Shown one piece after another: positions 1-11,024 of a DNA stretch of 64,000 nt (the first letter of the stretch is position 1; the number at the start of each line of letters is the position of its first letter). The stretch covers positions 327,730 to 391,729 of the forward strand of contig NW_005201851.1 of the NCBI RefSeq assembly GCF_000372725.1. The letters are read 5' to 3'. Origin of the DNA: Emiliania huxleyi CCMP1516. Its lineage: Eukaryota. The notes below the pieces were generated by a model. That model was not told where the DNA came from and ran no database searches. It saw nothing but the letters and a program-made list of their open reading frames with translations. Position numbers and translations under genes: made by a program.

Positions 1-169
1 GGCGAGGGGGGCAGGGGGGGGCAGGGCGGGGGGGCCCGAAAAGCAGAGGGGGGCGAGGGAGGGGGGGCGAGGGGGGCCGAGGGAGGCAGGGCGGGGGGGC
101 GAGGGGCAGAGGGGGGCAGGGCGGGGGGGCGAGGGGGGCAGGAGGGGGCAGGGAGGGGGGCGAGGGAGC

Positions 170-3100
170 GCACCTGGGCCCATCATCTCCGGAACCGTGC
201 TCTGTATCGTCGCCTGAAGCGCCTCCGCATCCGGTGCCGACAGCTGCGCCATACCGCCGAATCGGATCTCGGACGCATACGCCTCCGGCTCGCTGCTGCC
301 GTTCACCGCCGCCCGCCGCAAGAGAGTGCGCCCCGCCTCCAAGATTGGCCACCGTCCGCCGCCGCTCTGGTCGGCTAGGATGGACGCCACGCGGAGCTCC
401 GCGGCGGTGGCGTTGGGCCCCAGCGAGCCGGACTTGTCGCACCCGTCGCCGTCGCACTCGAGCGGGCATGCGGCACGCGTCGCCTGCCCCGACACCTCGG
501 GCTGTGAGGAGACGCTGGGAGAAGCAGGCGCACAGGCGGTGTCGCGACGCCTTGTACAGCCTCCTCGCATAGTTGGCCGCGTCGACAAACGAGAGCACGC
601 CTGCTCGCGGCAAGGGAAGTGAGGGAAACACGTAGGGCGGTGTCAGCCTCGGCCGCGCGGCGAGGGAGCTCGCCATAGATGAGCAGCAGGAGCGCCTCGA
701 GGAGGCAGCTGAAGATGAGCAGCCGCTGCGACATCGGGAGCCGCTCGAGCCTACAGGCGCCACACGCCCGCGCACTCTCTCGAAGGCGGTCGCGCGCATG
801 CGGCCCCGCCGTGCGACGAAGCCGCGCGCCAGCTCAGAAAGCGACTCTCGGCGAATCTCGGCGAATCTCGGCGAATCTCGTCTAATCTCGGCGAGCTGCG
901 CGCCAGCTCAAGAAGCTCGATCCCGTCTCGACAAAGACCTGGTAACCCGCACTCGGCTGGGCCTCCGCGGCGCCCGCGAGCTTGCGCAGCCTAGCAGGTG
1001 GCACCAGTCCCGTCGCGGCGGTGTCGCCGTCCAAACACTCTCTTGAGCAGGGGCAGGGCAGGGGGTGGGGCGGGCAGCAACATCGGACCCGTCTATAGAA
1101 AGCCAATCTCGGCAGGGGGTGTCTGGGAAGTGTCTACGAGGTGTCGGGTGTGTCAGGAGGTGCGCAAGAGTCTCGGACGTGTCAGCAGGTGTCTAGGGGC
1201 GAGCGCTCGCCTGGCAACCCTCTCTCGCACCAGCCTCATGAGAGGCGCCTGGTCGTGCTGCAGCAGCTGCGAGGCGGGCAGCGCCTGCATCCCGTCGCCG
1301 AGCAAGCTGTCGACCTTGATGCCGAGCTCGGGCCACTCGATTGCCACGTCGACCTGTCGCGCGCGCACACACGCGGTGTGAGGGGGGGGTGCTCTCTCTC
1401 ACGGCGAGGGCCCAATCGAGCCGCCGCAGTCTCACCAGCTGCTGCCGCCGCCCGCTGCCGCCCGAGGGGACGAGCGCTCCCGTCTCGTCGCCGCTGCCCT
1501 CGTCGAAGGAGGACATCCGGCCCGAGAGGGAGATGCGGCCTAGAGGAAGGGCCGGAGAAGGGTCGGAGAGGCGTCCCGGTTGTCGAAGGAGTGCGTCCAC
1601 CCTCAGAGGCGACCGGAGCCGAAGCGTCCTGAGAGGCGGGCCGACGAGTAGCGGCCGGAGATTCCTACGGCGCCACGGCTCCGAGGGACACTCACGAGAC
1701 GCCACCCACACCCCTGTGGGGGAGAGCGGCGCGAGGGAGGAGGGGCCGGAGAGGACGGAGCTTCCGAGAGAGTCCATCGCGGACGACATCCGCTCGGCGA
1801 GCTGTGAGAGCCGACGCCGCGCCTAGGAAGGGTCCGAGAGAGGGGTCCGAGCCCGCGCTCCTGCTCCACCGTGCGAGAGCCGGCGAGCTCCTTGGAGGAC
1901 TCGGCGCCGGCGCACGCGCCCTGCACCGTCGCCAGCTCGAGGCCTGCGTCGCTGGCGGCGGCGTCCCCCCCCCCTCGCCGCGCCTCGCCGCCGGCCAGCA
2001 CGCGCTTCGGAGGGCTCCGGTCCGGCGGGCTGCTCCCGGTGGCGGACGGGTGGGGCGCCAGCCCGGATGAGCTGCGGCGGGCCGCGAGCTTCGCTCGGCC
2101 GAGGGAGGGCTCGCCTGTGTCACAGCGGGGAGGTGTGAAGAGAGAGTGCGAGAGAGAGAGAGCAGAGGCGCGGGGTCCCAAAAGACGGCTCGCCGAGGTC
2201 GCCGCCGCAGGAGGCGAGGGCGTGCAGCTCCTTGAGGGCATCGCACAGCTCGGCACTGCCGGCGATGCGGCGGGTCGTGCACGACGTCACCGACACGATG
2301 AGGCGCTGCCGGCCGCCGCTCGCGCTGCGCAGGCTGCTGCTCCCTCCGCTGCCCGGAGGGGTGGAGAGGTCCGCGCCGGCGGCCGGCTCTGCGGCGGCCG
2401 ACACCGCCCCGTGCGGGAAGCGCGGCATCGACCCGAACCCGCGCGGGGTCAGCGAGCCGATCCGCCGGAAGGGCTCCTGCAGCAGAAAGCGGCGCGTCCC
2501 CCCCGGCGTCTTGCCCAGCTCCGCCGGCGGCGAGGGCCCGCCGCCCGCAGCCGCGCGCTCTGCGGCGTCGCGCGGGGCAAAGAAGCGGCTCCCTCCCCTC
2601 GGCCCGACGAGGGGGCGACCCCCGCCCCCGTGCGTCCTCTGCGCACGCGCGCCGCCCTCCCCCGCCACCCGGACACGGGGTGGGTACCCACAGCCGGCGC
2701 CTGCTCCAGGCTGCCCTGCTCCAGGCTTCCTGCCGAGCTCCCTCGCGCTCTCCGCGTCGTCGGAGGAGCCGTCGAGGGAGGAGCGGCGGAAGAGCTCGTC
2801 CTACGAGGAGAAGGGCCGCGGCTCAAGGACAAGTGCCGAGCCGAGGAGCGGCGGCAAGAGCTCGGCCTCGGGGATGAGGGAGGCGGAGGACAGGTTGCGC
2901 AGCAGCTCCGGGTTAGTCACGTCCTCGTCGAGCAGGCTGCGCCGCGGCGTCTCCCGCTCGCTCGACTTTTGGGAGCCGGCAGACGTCTGCAGGCTGAGCG
3001 GAGTCAGCCGCTGCGCCTGCAGGCCGAGGCGAGGTGAGGCGAGCTGAGCCGAGGTGAGCCGAGGTGAGCCGAGAGGAGCCGAGAGTTGCCGAGAGGAACG

Positions 3101-3925
3101 AGAGGAGCCGAGATGAGCCGAGATGGGCCGAGACTGGCCGAGATGAGCCGAGATCTTTCCGCCGCTGCGCGCCTGGAGGTGCGAGCCCGGGGTGGAGCGC
3201 TCGGAGAGGATGGGAGACAGCCCCGCCCCTCCGGCCACGAGCACCGCGTCCGCCGGCGGCGGCGCAAGCGGCGGCGGCGGCACTGTTTGCGGAGCTGGGA
3301 GCGGCGGAGGCTGCAGCATCATTGGCGGCGGCAGGGGCTGCGCCATCGGCGGCGGAGGCTGAAGCCTCTGCGGCGAGCTGAAGGGGGAGGGGGTCGGTCG
3401 GGAGGTGTCATCCGCCGAGCTTGCCAACGAGTTCCTCGGCGAGCCGTCCATAGAGCTCGCGCGACAAGCCGAATACCTCGCGCCGGCCGCCTGGCCCGCC
3501 GCGTGCAGCGAGGCGAGACCGGCTGCGGCAGTGGCCGACGGTGCGGCCGCAGAGGGGGGAGTGAAGAGGTTGAGGAGATGACACTGCGGCGGCCCCTCGC
3601 CCGTTCGGCGGCCGCCGCCGCCGCCCGCACTGACCTCAGCTCCTGCCGGCGCATACAGGTCCACGCCGCCAGGTTCGCTCGATCGATAGAAAGGGCTCGC
3701 CGACACTTTGGCAGAGCTGCACGGGGTGGCGGCGGCCCTCTGCTTGAGCAAGGCGTGGTTCTCCTCTCGCAGCCTGTCGGCCTCATCCCTGAGAGCATCA
3801 AGCTGCTCACGCAGCAGCGCCGCCTCGCCGCCGGCTGCGAGCGAGCGGCGCGGCGTGAGCCGAGGCGGCGACGCGTCGAGGCCGCCACGCCGCGGCCAGC
3901 GCGGCCGCGGAGGCGTGTCGGCCAT
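170..3925 (-). CDS. Multi-exon hypothetical Ser/Pro-rich protein with an N-terminal coiled coil; continues beyond the window start; exon structure unresolved
   Basis: ATG at 3925 (MADTPPRPRW...LREQLDALRDEADRLREENHALL). Further minus-strand coding-like blocks (1153-1368, 670-740, 175-620) are separated by repeat-filled intron-like segments. Confidence 0.45.
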
Positions 3926-4402
3926 GAGCAGCGGAGGAGGGCGGGAGAGGCGCAATCGGGGCCGAAGAAGGGAGGCGGCTCGTCTCGGAAGAAGGGAGCA
4001 TCCAGCGGAAGTCAAGGCCTGAGAGGACAGCAAACCTGAGCACTCTGCATTGTTTTTCTTTTCTCGACCACCTTCTCTGCTTCCGGCGAGATTGCTAGAG
4101 GTGGAGCAAGGCTGCTCTATCCCCTTGTTTGTTCTTGGGGGGGGCGACAGGGAGGATGTGGCCTTGAGTTATGTGTACGCCAACTCAGGGTGTGTGGCAG
4201 CCCGCTGGCTGTGTGTCTTGTGAGCCTGTTTGTGTCTGTGTGTCGCTCGTTGGGCTAGAGCAGGGTTTCCGGAAAACAAAAAGGAAAACAGAGGGTCCCC
4301 AGCACTTTGCGTTTCCGGAAATTTCCAGGGAAAACAGAGGGTGCTCAATTTTGGAAACTCGCGAGTTTCCCTGAGTCTGAGAGCTGGCTGGTCTGGGGCA
4401 AA

Positions 4403-4850
4403 TTGGCCTGTCCGAGGGTTTCCGGCAACCCAGAGGGAAACCAGAGGGTCCCCAGCACTTTGCGTTTCCGGAAGTTTCCAGGGAAACCAGAGGGTGTTTG
4501 GTGCTCCATTCTGTTTCTCTCGAGTTTCCCTCGGGAAACTCGCGAGTTTCCCTGAGTCTGAGAGCTGGTCTGGGGCAAAATCTGGGGCAAAATTGAGGAA
4601 ATCGGCACGATACCCAGGTATTTTCCAGGTATACCGGGGTTTTCCAGGTATACCCGCAAAATACCCGGTATTTTGCCGATTTTGGCCCCAAAACAGCCTC
4701 AGACACGGCTCAGAGCCCCCCCAAAATGACGAATTCCACGGAGTTTCCCCGGGGTTTCCCGAGGAAACTAGAGGGTGTTGTAGGGAAACGAGCAGGAAAC
4801 ACGGAAAGGAAACCAGGTAGGGTGCGAGAGGAAACCCTCGGACAGGCCAA
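4403..4850. mobile_element. MITE-like TIR element (448 bp) with 8-bp TSD, nested in a truncated relative
   Basis: 21-bp perfect TIR TTGGCCTGTCCGAGGGTTTCC (4403-4423 / 4830-4850). GGGGCAAA is duplicated at 4395-4402 and 4851-4858. Segment 4261-4402 is homologous to the element interior. Confidence 0.8.
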
Positions 4851-5229
4851 GGGGCAAAATCTGGAATCGCTCGAGCTCCCACCGCCTCTTTGTTTCACCT
4901 ACATCACCGCCGCAAAAACAAAACAAACTCTCTCTCTCCGCCGCAAGTGGGATGCGGCCCCATGCCACGAGAACGCTACGCTTGTGAATCGTCTTAAGAG
5001 AAAGAGAAACAAGACCAGCGAGGGATCGATCGATTTGTTTTGAGTTTTTGCCCGGCCGCGCGCAGCGCTAAAATCGGGCGCCCTTTGCTCTCTCTCTCTC
5101 TTGCTCCTCCGCGAGCTGTACAACTGATAGGGGCGAAAAATCTGCGAATTCGATGCGTTTGAAGATGCAGTCGAGCCTCTTTCGAATGGCGGCCGCGCCG
5201 GCGCGCAGCGCCACGCCGCCAGGCGTCCG

Positions 5230-5755
5230 CCGGAGGCTCCCCGGCCGACACATCCCGGCAAGCTTGCCGCGCGCAGCGCCCCGCGCCGCAGGCCCGCCGG
5301 AGGCTCCCCGGCCGACACATCCCGGCAAGCTTGCCGCGCGCAGCGCCCCGCGCCGCAGGCCCGCCGGAGGCTCCCCGGCCGACACACCCCGGCAAGCTTG
5401 CCGCGCGCAGCGCCCCGCGCCGCAGGCCCGCCGGAGGCTCCCCGGCCGACACATCCCGGCAAGCTTGCCGCGCGCAGCGCCCCGCGCCGCAGGCCCGCCG
5501 GAGGCTCCCCGGCCGACACACCCCGGCAAGCTTGCCGCGCGCAGCGCCCCGCGCCGCAGGCCCGCCGGAGGCTCCCCGGCCGACACACCCCGGCTGCTTC
5601 CGCGGGCGCGCGAGCGCCGGCGCGCCGCGCCACGCCGCTAGGCGTCCGCCGGAGGCCCGCCGGAGGCTGTTGCTGCGGCCACACTCCGGCAAGCTTGCCG
5701 CGCGCAGCGCCCCGCGCCGCAGGCCCGCCGGAGGCTCCCCGGCCGACACACCCCG
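5230..5755. repeat. 67-bp GC-rich minisatellite, about 5.3 contiguous copies plus one more after an interruption
   Basis: Unit CCGGAGGCTCCCCGGCCGACACAYCCCGGCAAGCTTGCCGCGCGCAGCGCCCCGCGCCGCAGGCCCG, starting at 5230, 5297 and so on. Confidence 0.95.
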
Positions 5756-6978
5756 GCCGTATTCGCTCGTCCACTCCTCACCCTTCTCGCGCCGCTCTTG
5801 CGCACCTCTTGCGCCCCCCTCTTCCCCGCCGGCCCCGAGAGACTTGGCACGCACCCCCCGCCCCCGCCCCCGCCCCGCCCCCGCCCCGCCCCGCCCCCTC
5901 CCCCCTCTCACGCCCGGCAAATNNNNNNNNNNNNNNNNNNNNNNNNNNNNNNNNNNNNNNNNNNNNNNNNNNNNNNNNNNNNNNNNNNNNNNNNNNNNNN
6001 NNNNNNNNNNNNNNNNNNNNNNNNNNNNNNNNNNNNNNNNNNNNNNNNNNNNNNNNNNNNNNNNNNNNNNNNNNNNNNNNNNNNNNNNNNNNNNNNNNNN
6101 NNNNNNNNNNNNNNNNNNNNNNNNNNNNNNNNNNNNNNNNNNNNNNNNTTAGCCAGTTGCGGCGGCCTCCGCAGGTGCGGACGACTGCGCGGCCTTTTGC
6201 GCCAGACGACAGACGTGGCTGATAGATTCTCGCTCCTGTGGGCAGTTCTCCGCATCCCGGGTAGAGCGAGCTCCCGAGGTGCTACCCGCTGCGCGCATTG
6301 GACTCCAAGTCGATACGAGCGCGCCGCGCGTGGAGCACGCGGCGCGCTCGCATCGATTCGCCACTTCCAGCGTGAGGTCGTGTGTAAACAGCTTCAAAGG
6401 AGGACCAAAAGGGATCTCTCTCCGTTCTACTAATGCCCTCAAAACAGGGACCTTTGGCAAAGGGGCTGGGAATGCTGCGCCGTCTCGCCCCGCCACGCGC
6501 CACCCCCCGCGCCGCCCGCGCCCGTCCGCCGTTCGACGACCAATACCATTCATCGGGACGCGGGGGCTCTCTCGGCTACGGACGGCCTACGGGACCGGCC
6601 CCAGCTTCGGCTGAGGGCTGAGGTAGTGGTAGTGGTAGAGCCCGACAAGCTGCCGAGCCCGAGGAAGGAGGCGGTGGGGTCCTCACCCGCCGTCACCCCG
6701 GCGGCCCGCGCACGCACGCCCGTCTGAGCCTAGCGCAGCGCGAACTCGCTCTGAGCCTAGCGCAGCGCGAGATTTGCGCAGCAACCCGGCCGGGCAACCC
6801 TTGAAATAAATAAATAAATACAACGGACATCCCAAGCTAGGGCTGGGTCGAGGACAGACACGTCCCCACCTTTGCAGGATTTTGCAAAAGCGAGGGGGGA
6901 GGGCGCATCGCCGCGCGGAGAGGGCTGGGCACCCTTGAAAAAAAACTTATTATCCGTGCTCAAAATTCTTTTCTCGCG

Positions 6979-8397
6979 ATGTCCACCCCGCCGCGCCGCC
7001 GCTCGCGCCGCCTCGCCGCCGCCACCGCCGCTCCCTCGCCCGACAAGCCGCCGCCCGCCCGCCTGCTCGACCTCCCCACGGAGCTCCTCGTGCGCTTCGT
7101 CTCTCGCTGCGACCCCGTCGACATCGCCCGCGTCGCGGCCGTCTCGCTGCTCTTCCACGCCTCGCTTGCGGTGGAGGGCATTCGCTTGCGGGCGCAAGAG
7201 CGCGGCTTCGAGCTGCCGGCGCAGCCAGAGGGCGAGGGCTGCGCCGTGCGGTGGCTGTGCTTCGCAGCGTTGCTTTGCGAGTCCAACCCGCCGGCGAGGG
7301 CGGCGGGAAGCGCTCTGCACAGTCTCTTCATCGACGGCGAGGGGCGGCTCTCGTCGTGCGGCTCAGCGCCGCTCTACGCGCCAGCCCTGCTCGGGCACGG
7401 CGAGGGCGTGACGCGGCTCAACACGCCGACCCGCCTCCCGTCGACGCTGGGTGAGCGCGCCGTGAGCGTGTCGGCTGTGTACCACAGCCTCGCCCTCACC
7501 GCCGGCGGTGCCCTCTGGAGCTGGGGCAAGGGAGAACACGGCCAGTTGGGCCACGGCGACGAGGAGGAGCAGTGGCAGCCGAAGAAGGTCGAGGCGTTGG
7601 CTGGCCAGCGCGTCGTCGCCGTGTCGGCAGGAGGTAGCCACAGCCTCGCCATCACTGCCGACAGCGCCGCCTGGAGCTGGGGCTGGGGAGCCTTTGGCGA
7701 GCTGGGCCACGGCGACGAGCAGGACCAGCTGCTGCCCAAGAAGATCGAGGCCTTTGCTGACCAGCGCGTCGTCGCTGTGTCGGCGGGACGTGAGCACAGC
7801 CTCGCCCTCGCCGCCGACGGCGCCGTCTGGAGCTGGGGCGGTGGAGGTGGGGGCAAGCTGGGCCACGGCGACGAGCAGAACCAGCTGCTGCCCAAGAAGA
7901 TCGAGGCCTTCGCTGACCAGCACGTCGTCGCTGCGTCGGCTGGGTACGGCCACAACCTCGCCATCACCGCCGACGGCGCCGTCTGGAGCTGGGGCTTTGG
8001 AGGCGGGGGCCGGCTGGGCCACGGCGACGAGCAGCCTCAGCTCCTGCCGAAGAAGGTCGAAGCCTTTGCTGGGCAGCGCGTCGTCGCTGTGTCGGCTGGA
8101 GTGAGTCACAGCCTCGCCATCACCGCCGGCGGCGCCGTCTGGAGCTGGGGCTACGGACGCCAAGGTCAGTTGGGCCACGGCGACGGGCAGGCCCAGTGGC
8201 AGCCCAAGAAGATCGAGGCCTTGGCTGGCCAGCGCGTCGTCGCTGTGTTCGCTGCAAGCACCCACAGCATCGCTATCACCACTGACGGCGCCACCTTCGC
8301 CTGGGGCAAGGGCGAACACGGCTGCCTAGGCCACGGAGAGGACCTGTCGAACCCGCTGCTGCCGAAGAAGATCGAGGCGTGGGCGCCGGGGCAGTGA
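6979..8397 (+). CDS. F-box-like + RCC1-repeat (beta-propeller) protein
   Basis: Intact 472-aa ORF. LLDLPTELLVRFV F-box-like motif; about 7 repeats of VSAGxxHSLALTADGAVWSWGxGxxGxLGHGD. Confidence 0.92.
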   Translation: MSTPPRRRSRRLAAATAAPSPDKPPPARLLDLPTELLVRFVSRCDPVDIARVAAVSLLFHASLAVEGIRLRAQERGFELPAQPEGEGCAVRWLCFAALLCESNPPARAAGSALHSLFIDGEGRLSSCGSAPLYAPALLGHGEGVTRLNTPTRLPSTLGERAVSVSAVYHSLALTAGGALWSWGKGEHGQLGHGDEEEQWQPKKVEALAGQRVVAVSAGGSHSLAITADSAAWSWGWGAFGELGHGDEQDQLLPKKIEAFADQRVVAVSAGREHSLALAADGAVWSWGGGGGGKLGHGDEQNQLLPKKIEAFADQHVVAASAGYGHNLAITADGAVWSWGFGGGGRLGHGDEQPQLLPKKVEAFAGQRVVAVSAGVSHSLAITAGGAVWSWGYGRQGQLGHGDGQAQWQPKKIEALAGQRVVAVFAASTHSIAITTDGATFAWGKGEHGCLGHGEDLSNPLLPKKIEAWAPGQ

Positions 8398-8859
8398 TGA
8401 GATCCCTCGCGTTCGCCCTGCGCACTTTTCACCTCCCCTCCCCCCCCAACACCCACCCACCCGCCCGCCCGCCCCCGCCCCTGCCCCCCTCTCTTCCTCT
8501 CTCTCGCCCTCCCGAATCTGCTTAGCTCCCGCCGCCTCTTTGTTTCACCTACAGGCTTCCGCACAATCACGGNNNNNNNNNNNNNNNNNNNNNNNNNNNN
8601 NNNNNNNNNNNNNNNNNNNNNNNNNNNNNNNNNNNNNNNNNNNNNNNNNNNNNNNNNNNNNNNNNNNNNNNNAATCGCGCAATAACACAGTCTCGCCGAC
8701 TTAATTGCACGCCCTTGTTTCACCTACACCGCAAGTGTGTGATGTGATCAACGGCCCCATGCAACGAGAACGTTATCCTTTGCCCATCGGACTTTCCGTT
8801 TTATCTAGAATTCGCTCATGTTCTTTTTCTCGCGTTAGTGCCAGTGCGCGCCAGAAAGA

Positions 8860-8990
8860 AAGAAATAAACAGACCACCCAAGGGAGGGATGGGAAGACGC
8901 CAATTCGGTGCCAAGAAAGAAAGAAAACGCGGACAACCCAAGGGAGGGATGGGAGAACGGCACGCCGCCACCGCGCCACCACACACTCAC
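8860..8990. repeat. Dispersed repeat (related inverted copy at about 37780-37970)
   Basis: Two CCAAGGGAGGGATGG boxes followed by ACGGCACGCCGCCACC...CACAC; the reverse complement occurs at 37780-37970. Confidence 0.75.
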
Positions 8991-9657
8991 AGGGATTTTA
9001 AGTGACAACTCACCATTGTCCCTCGGACACCACTCTCCAGCCGCGCTACTTTCGCCCACCCACCGCTCTCGCATGACATCTCGACAATCCTCTCATCTCT
9101 GGGCCCAGACTCCTAACCACTTCCCCTGCTCGCCCAGGACCACGAAGCGCCGCCCGCGCGCCCATTGACCCCCCAATCAACCCACGCTGTCCCTCAATCG
9201 CCACCCGCCAGATGTACTGCCCTCGCCCACCCAATACTCTCACCCTCCTAACCCGGACAGTCCAGGTACAGGAAAAGCGGGGAGCGGGGCCCGATCCAAG
9301 GAGCACCCCGTCGGCCCGGGAGGGCTGTGAATTTCGGCGCGGGCGGAAGGCTGCCTGCAGACGCTCAGCCCCCGGCTGAGCTGCCGAATCCTCCCGGCTA
9401 ATCCCCTGACCTGCCGCCTGAAACGGGACAACATTACACCACCTCACACACACTCCCCCCTCAGGGCTAAGCAGTGCGCAAGTCCACCCGAACTCTAGGC
9501 GAGGCGTCGACCACTCCTTCGGAATAGCTCTGTCAGTGGCTGCACTAGACGCCCAGTGATGGCGCGCGGCGCGGGCGGATGACTGGAAGAGAAAATGCGG
9601 AGATGCTAGCTCGCAGGTAGATGTGCTCAGCCAAGGGTAGGGGATGAGGGGAATGTG

Positions 9658-10336
9658 TCAGTGTGAGGGGTGCACCAACCGCAGAGCGTTGTGTTTTGCC
9701 TTTGAAAACTGAACAGTTTTTTTCACAGGGATTTTAAGGTCCTCCGGGCCAGTTTCGGGGCTAGGAAAGGAAGAGCTCTCGTCAGGCCAGCACACTGGCA
9801 CCCAGCAATGCATCATGAGGATGTTGACGGGAGCAAGAGCCACGCCGTTGGCTTAACTTCAGATTGCGAGGCTGTGATTGCGATGGCGAGGAGGTATGTG
9901 GGGTACGTGGTGATTAGCCTCCTCTTAACATATTCGAGCGTACTCTGTTGCTCCACCTTGTCGGGCGAGCGCGCGAGCTCCACGTAGGCCAGAATGAAGC
10001 CGCTCAGGCAGAAGAAGAATTGGGTCCAGTGAGTCCCCCATTCGGCGAACGCACCCAGGTGGTCAGGTAGAAGTGATTCAGGACAATCAGCACCGACGCT
10101 ACCCACCGCGACCCATCAAGTCCCTCCAGTTTGGCAGCCTTGCCTGGCGTCGGCGTCGCCGCAGGCAGGGCCGAGCTCTTAGTCTGTGTGAAATCACCGA
10201 AGGCCTCCTCGGGGGTCTGAGGTAAGTGGTCCGTCTCGTCGCTAACGTTCTCCCAGTCACTGCTGCGAGACACCTTCGATTCAGACGGGCGCCGCTGACT
10301 GCTTTGCCGCCGCTGATATTCAGTGAGGGTCTGCAT
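9658..10336 (-). pseudogene. Acyltransferase family 3 (OafA-like) fragment, frameshifted and truncated
   Basis: LEGLDGSRWVASVLIVLNHF / FFFCLSGFILAY...KRRLITTYPTYL / NILMMHCWVP lie in three different frames; shifts near 10065 and 9850. Confidence 0.7.
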
Positions 10337-11024
10337 CCGCGCGCAGATAACGGAGACGCGCAAAGCGTGATTCAGGGTTCGGACTTTTTGCGGGGTATGG
10401 TATGGTCGCTTCACGCAACCCACCTGTTCTTCACCTTCCTACATACATACATACCTCGAGACCATACCCCCCCCGCCTGCTGACAGACCCAGCCTCCCGC
10501 CGACGGGGACCATACCCCCCCCCCCCTCCCCCACCCAGCCCCTCGCCCCACCGCCGGCCGCCTTACTGCTAGGCTCCAGGAGGCTGCAGACACCGACACG
10601 CACACTAGATACGCGCGGATGGCCGCCGTCTTCCACGCCAGCACCGGCCGGTGCTCGTCTAGATGAAGAGCGCGGCGGCGAAGTTGGCAATCGCCTGGCG
10701 AGCCTCTACGTCAGCGGCGGGCGCGGCATCCGCGCCGGTCGCCGCACCCGCACACAGCAGGCGCCGCGCTGGCCGTCCCCGCGCGGGCGGCTCCGATGGC
10801 CGCCGCGCCGGCCGCCCCGCGGGCCTCCACACCGGCGAGGTCCTCCATCGGCATCGCCGTGCCGGCGGGTGCCCCTCCAGTGGGTGCCACCGCTCCGGTG
10901 GTCGCCTCGCCGGTGATCGCCTCGAGCGGGTTGGCCGGCTGCGCCAGCGGCGCAACAATCTAAAAAAAGAAAAAACAAATCAATTTTTGCCATCATTGCA
11001 ATCATTGGATATGCTAGACTGTCG

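Noticed and set aside
4169..4882. ORFs of 170-240 aa on both strands
   Set aside because: They overlap a MITE and a dispersed repeat and lack protein-like features.
5230..5755. CRISPR-like array
   Set aside because: Units are contiguous with no unique spacers; eukaryotic context with no cas genes.
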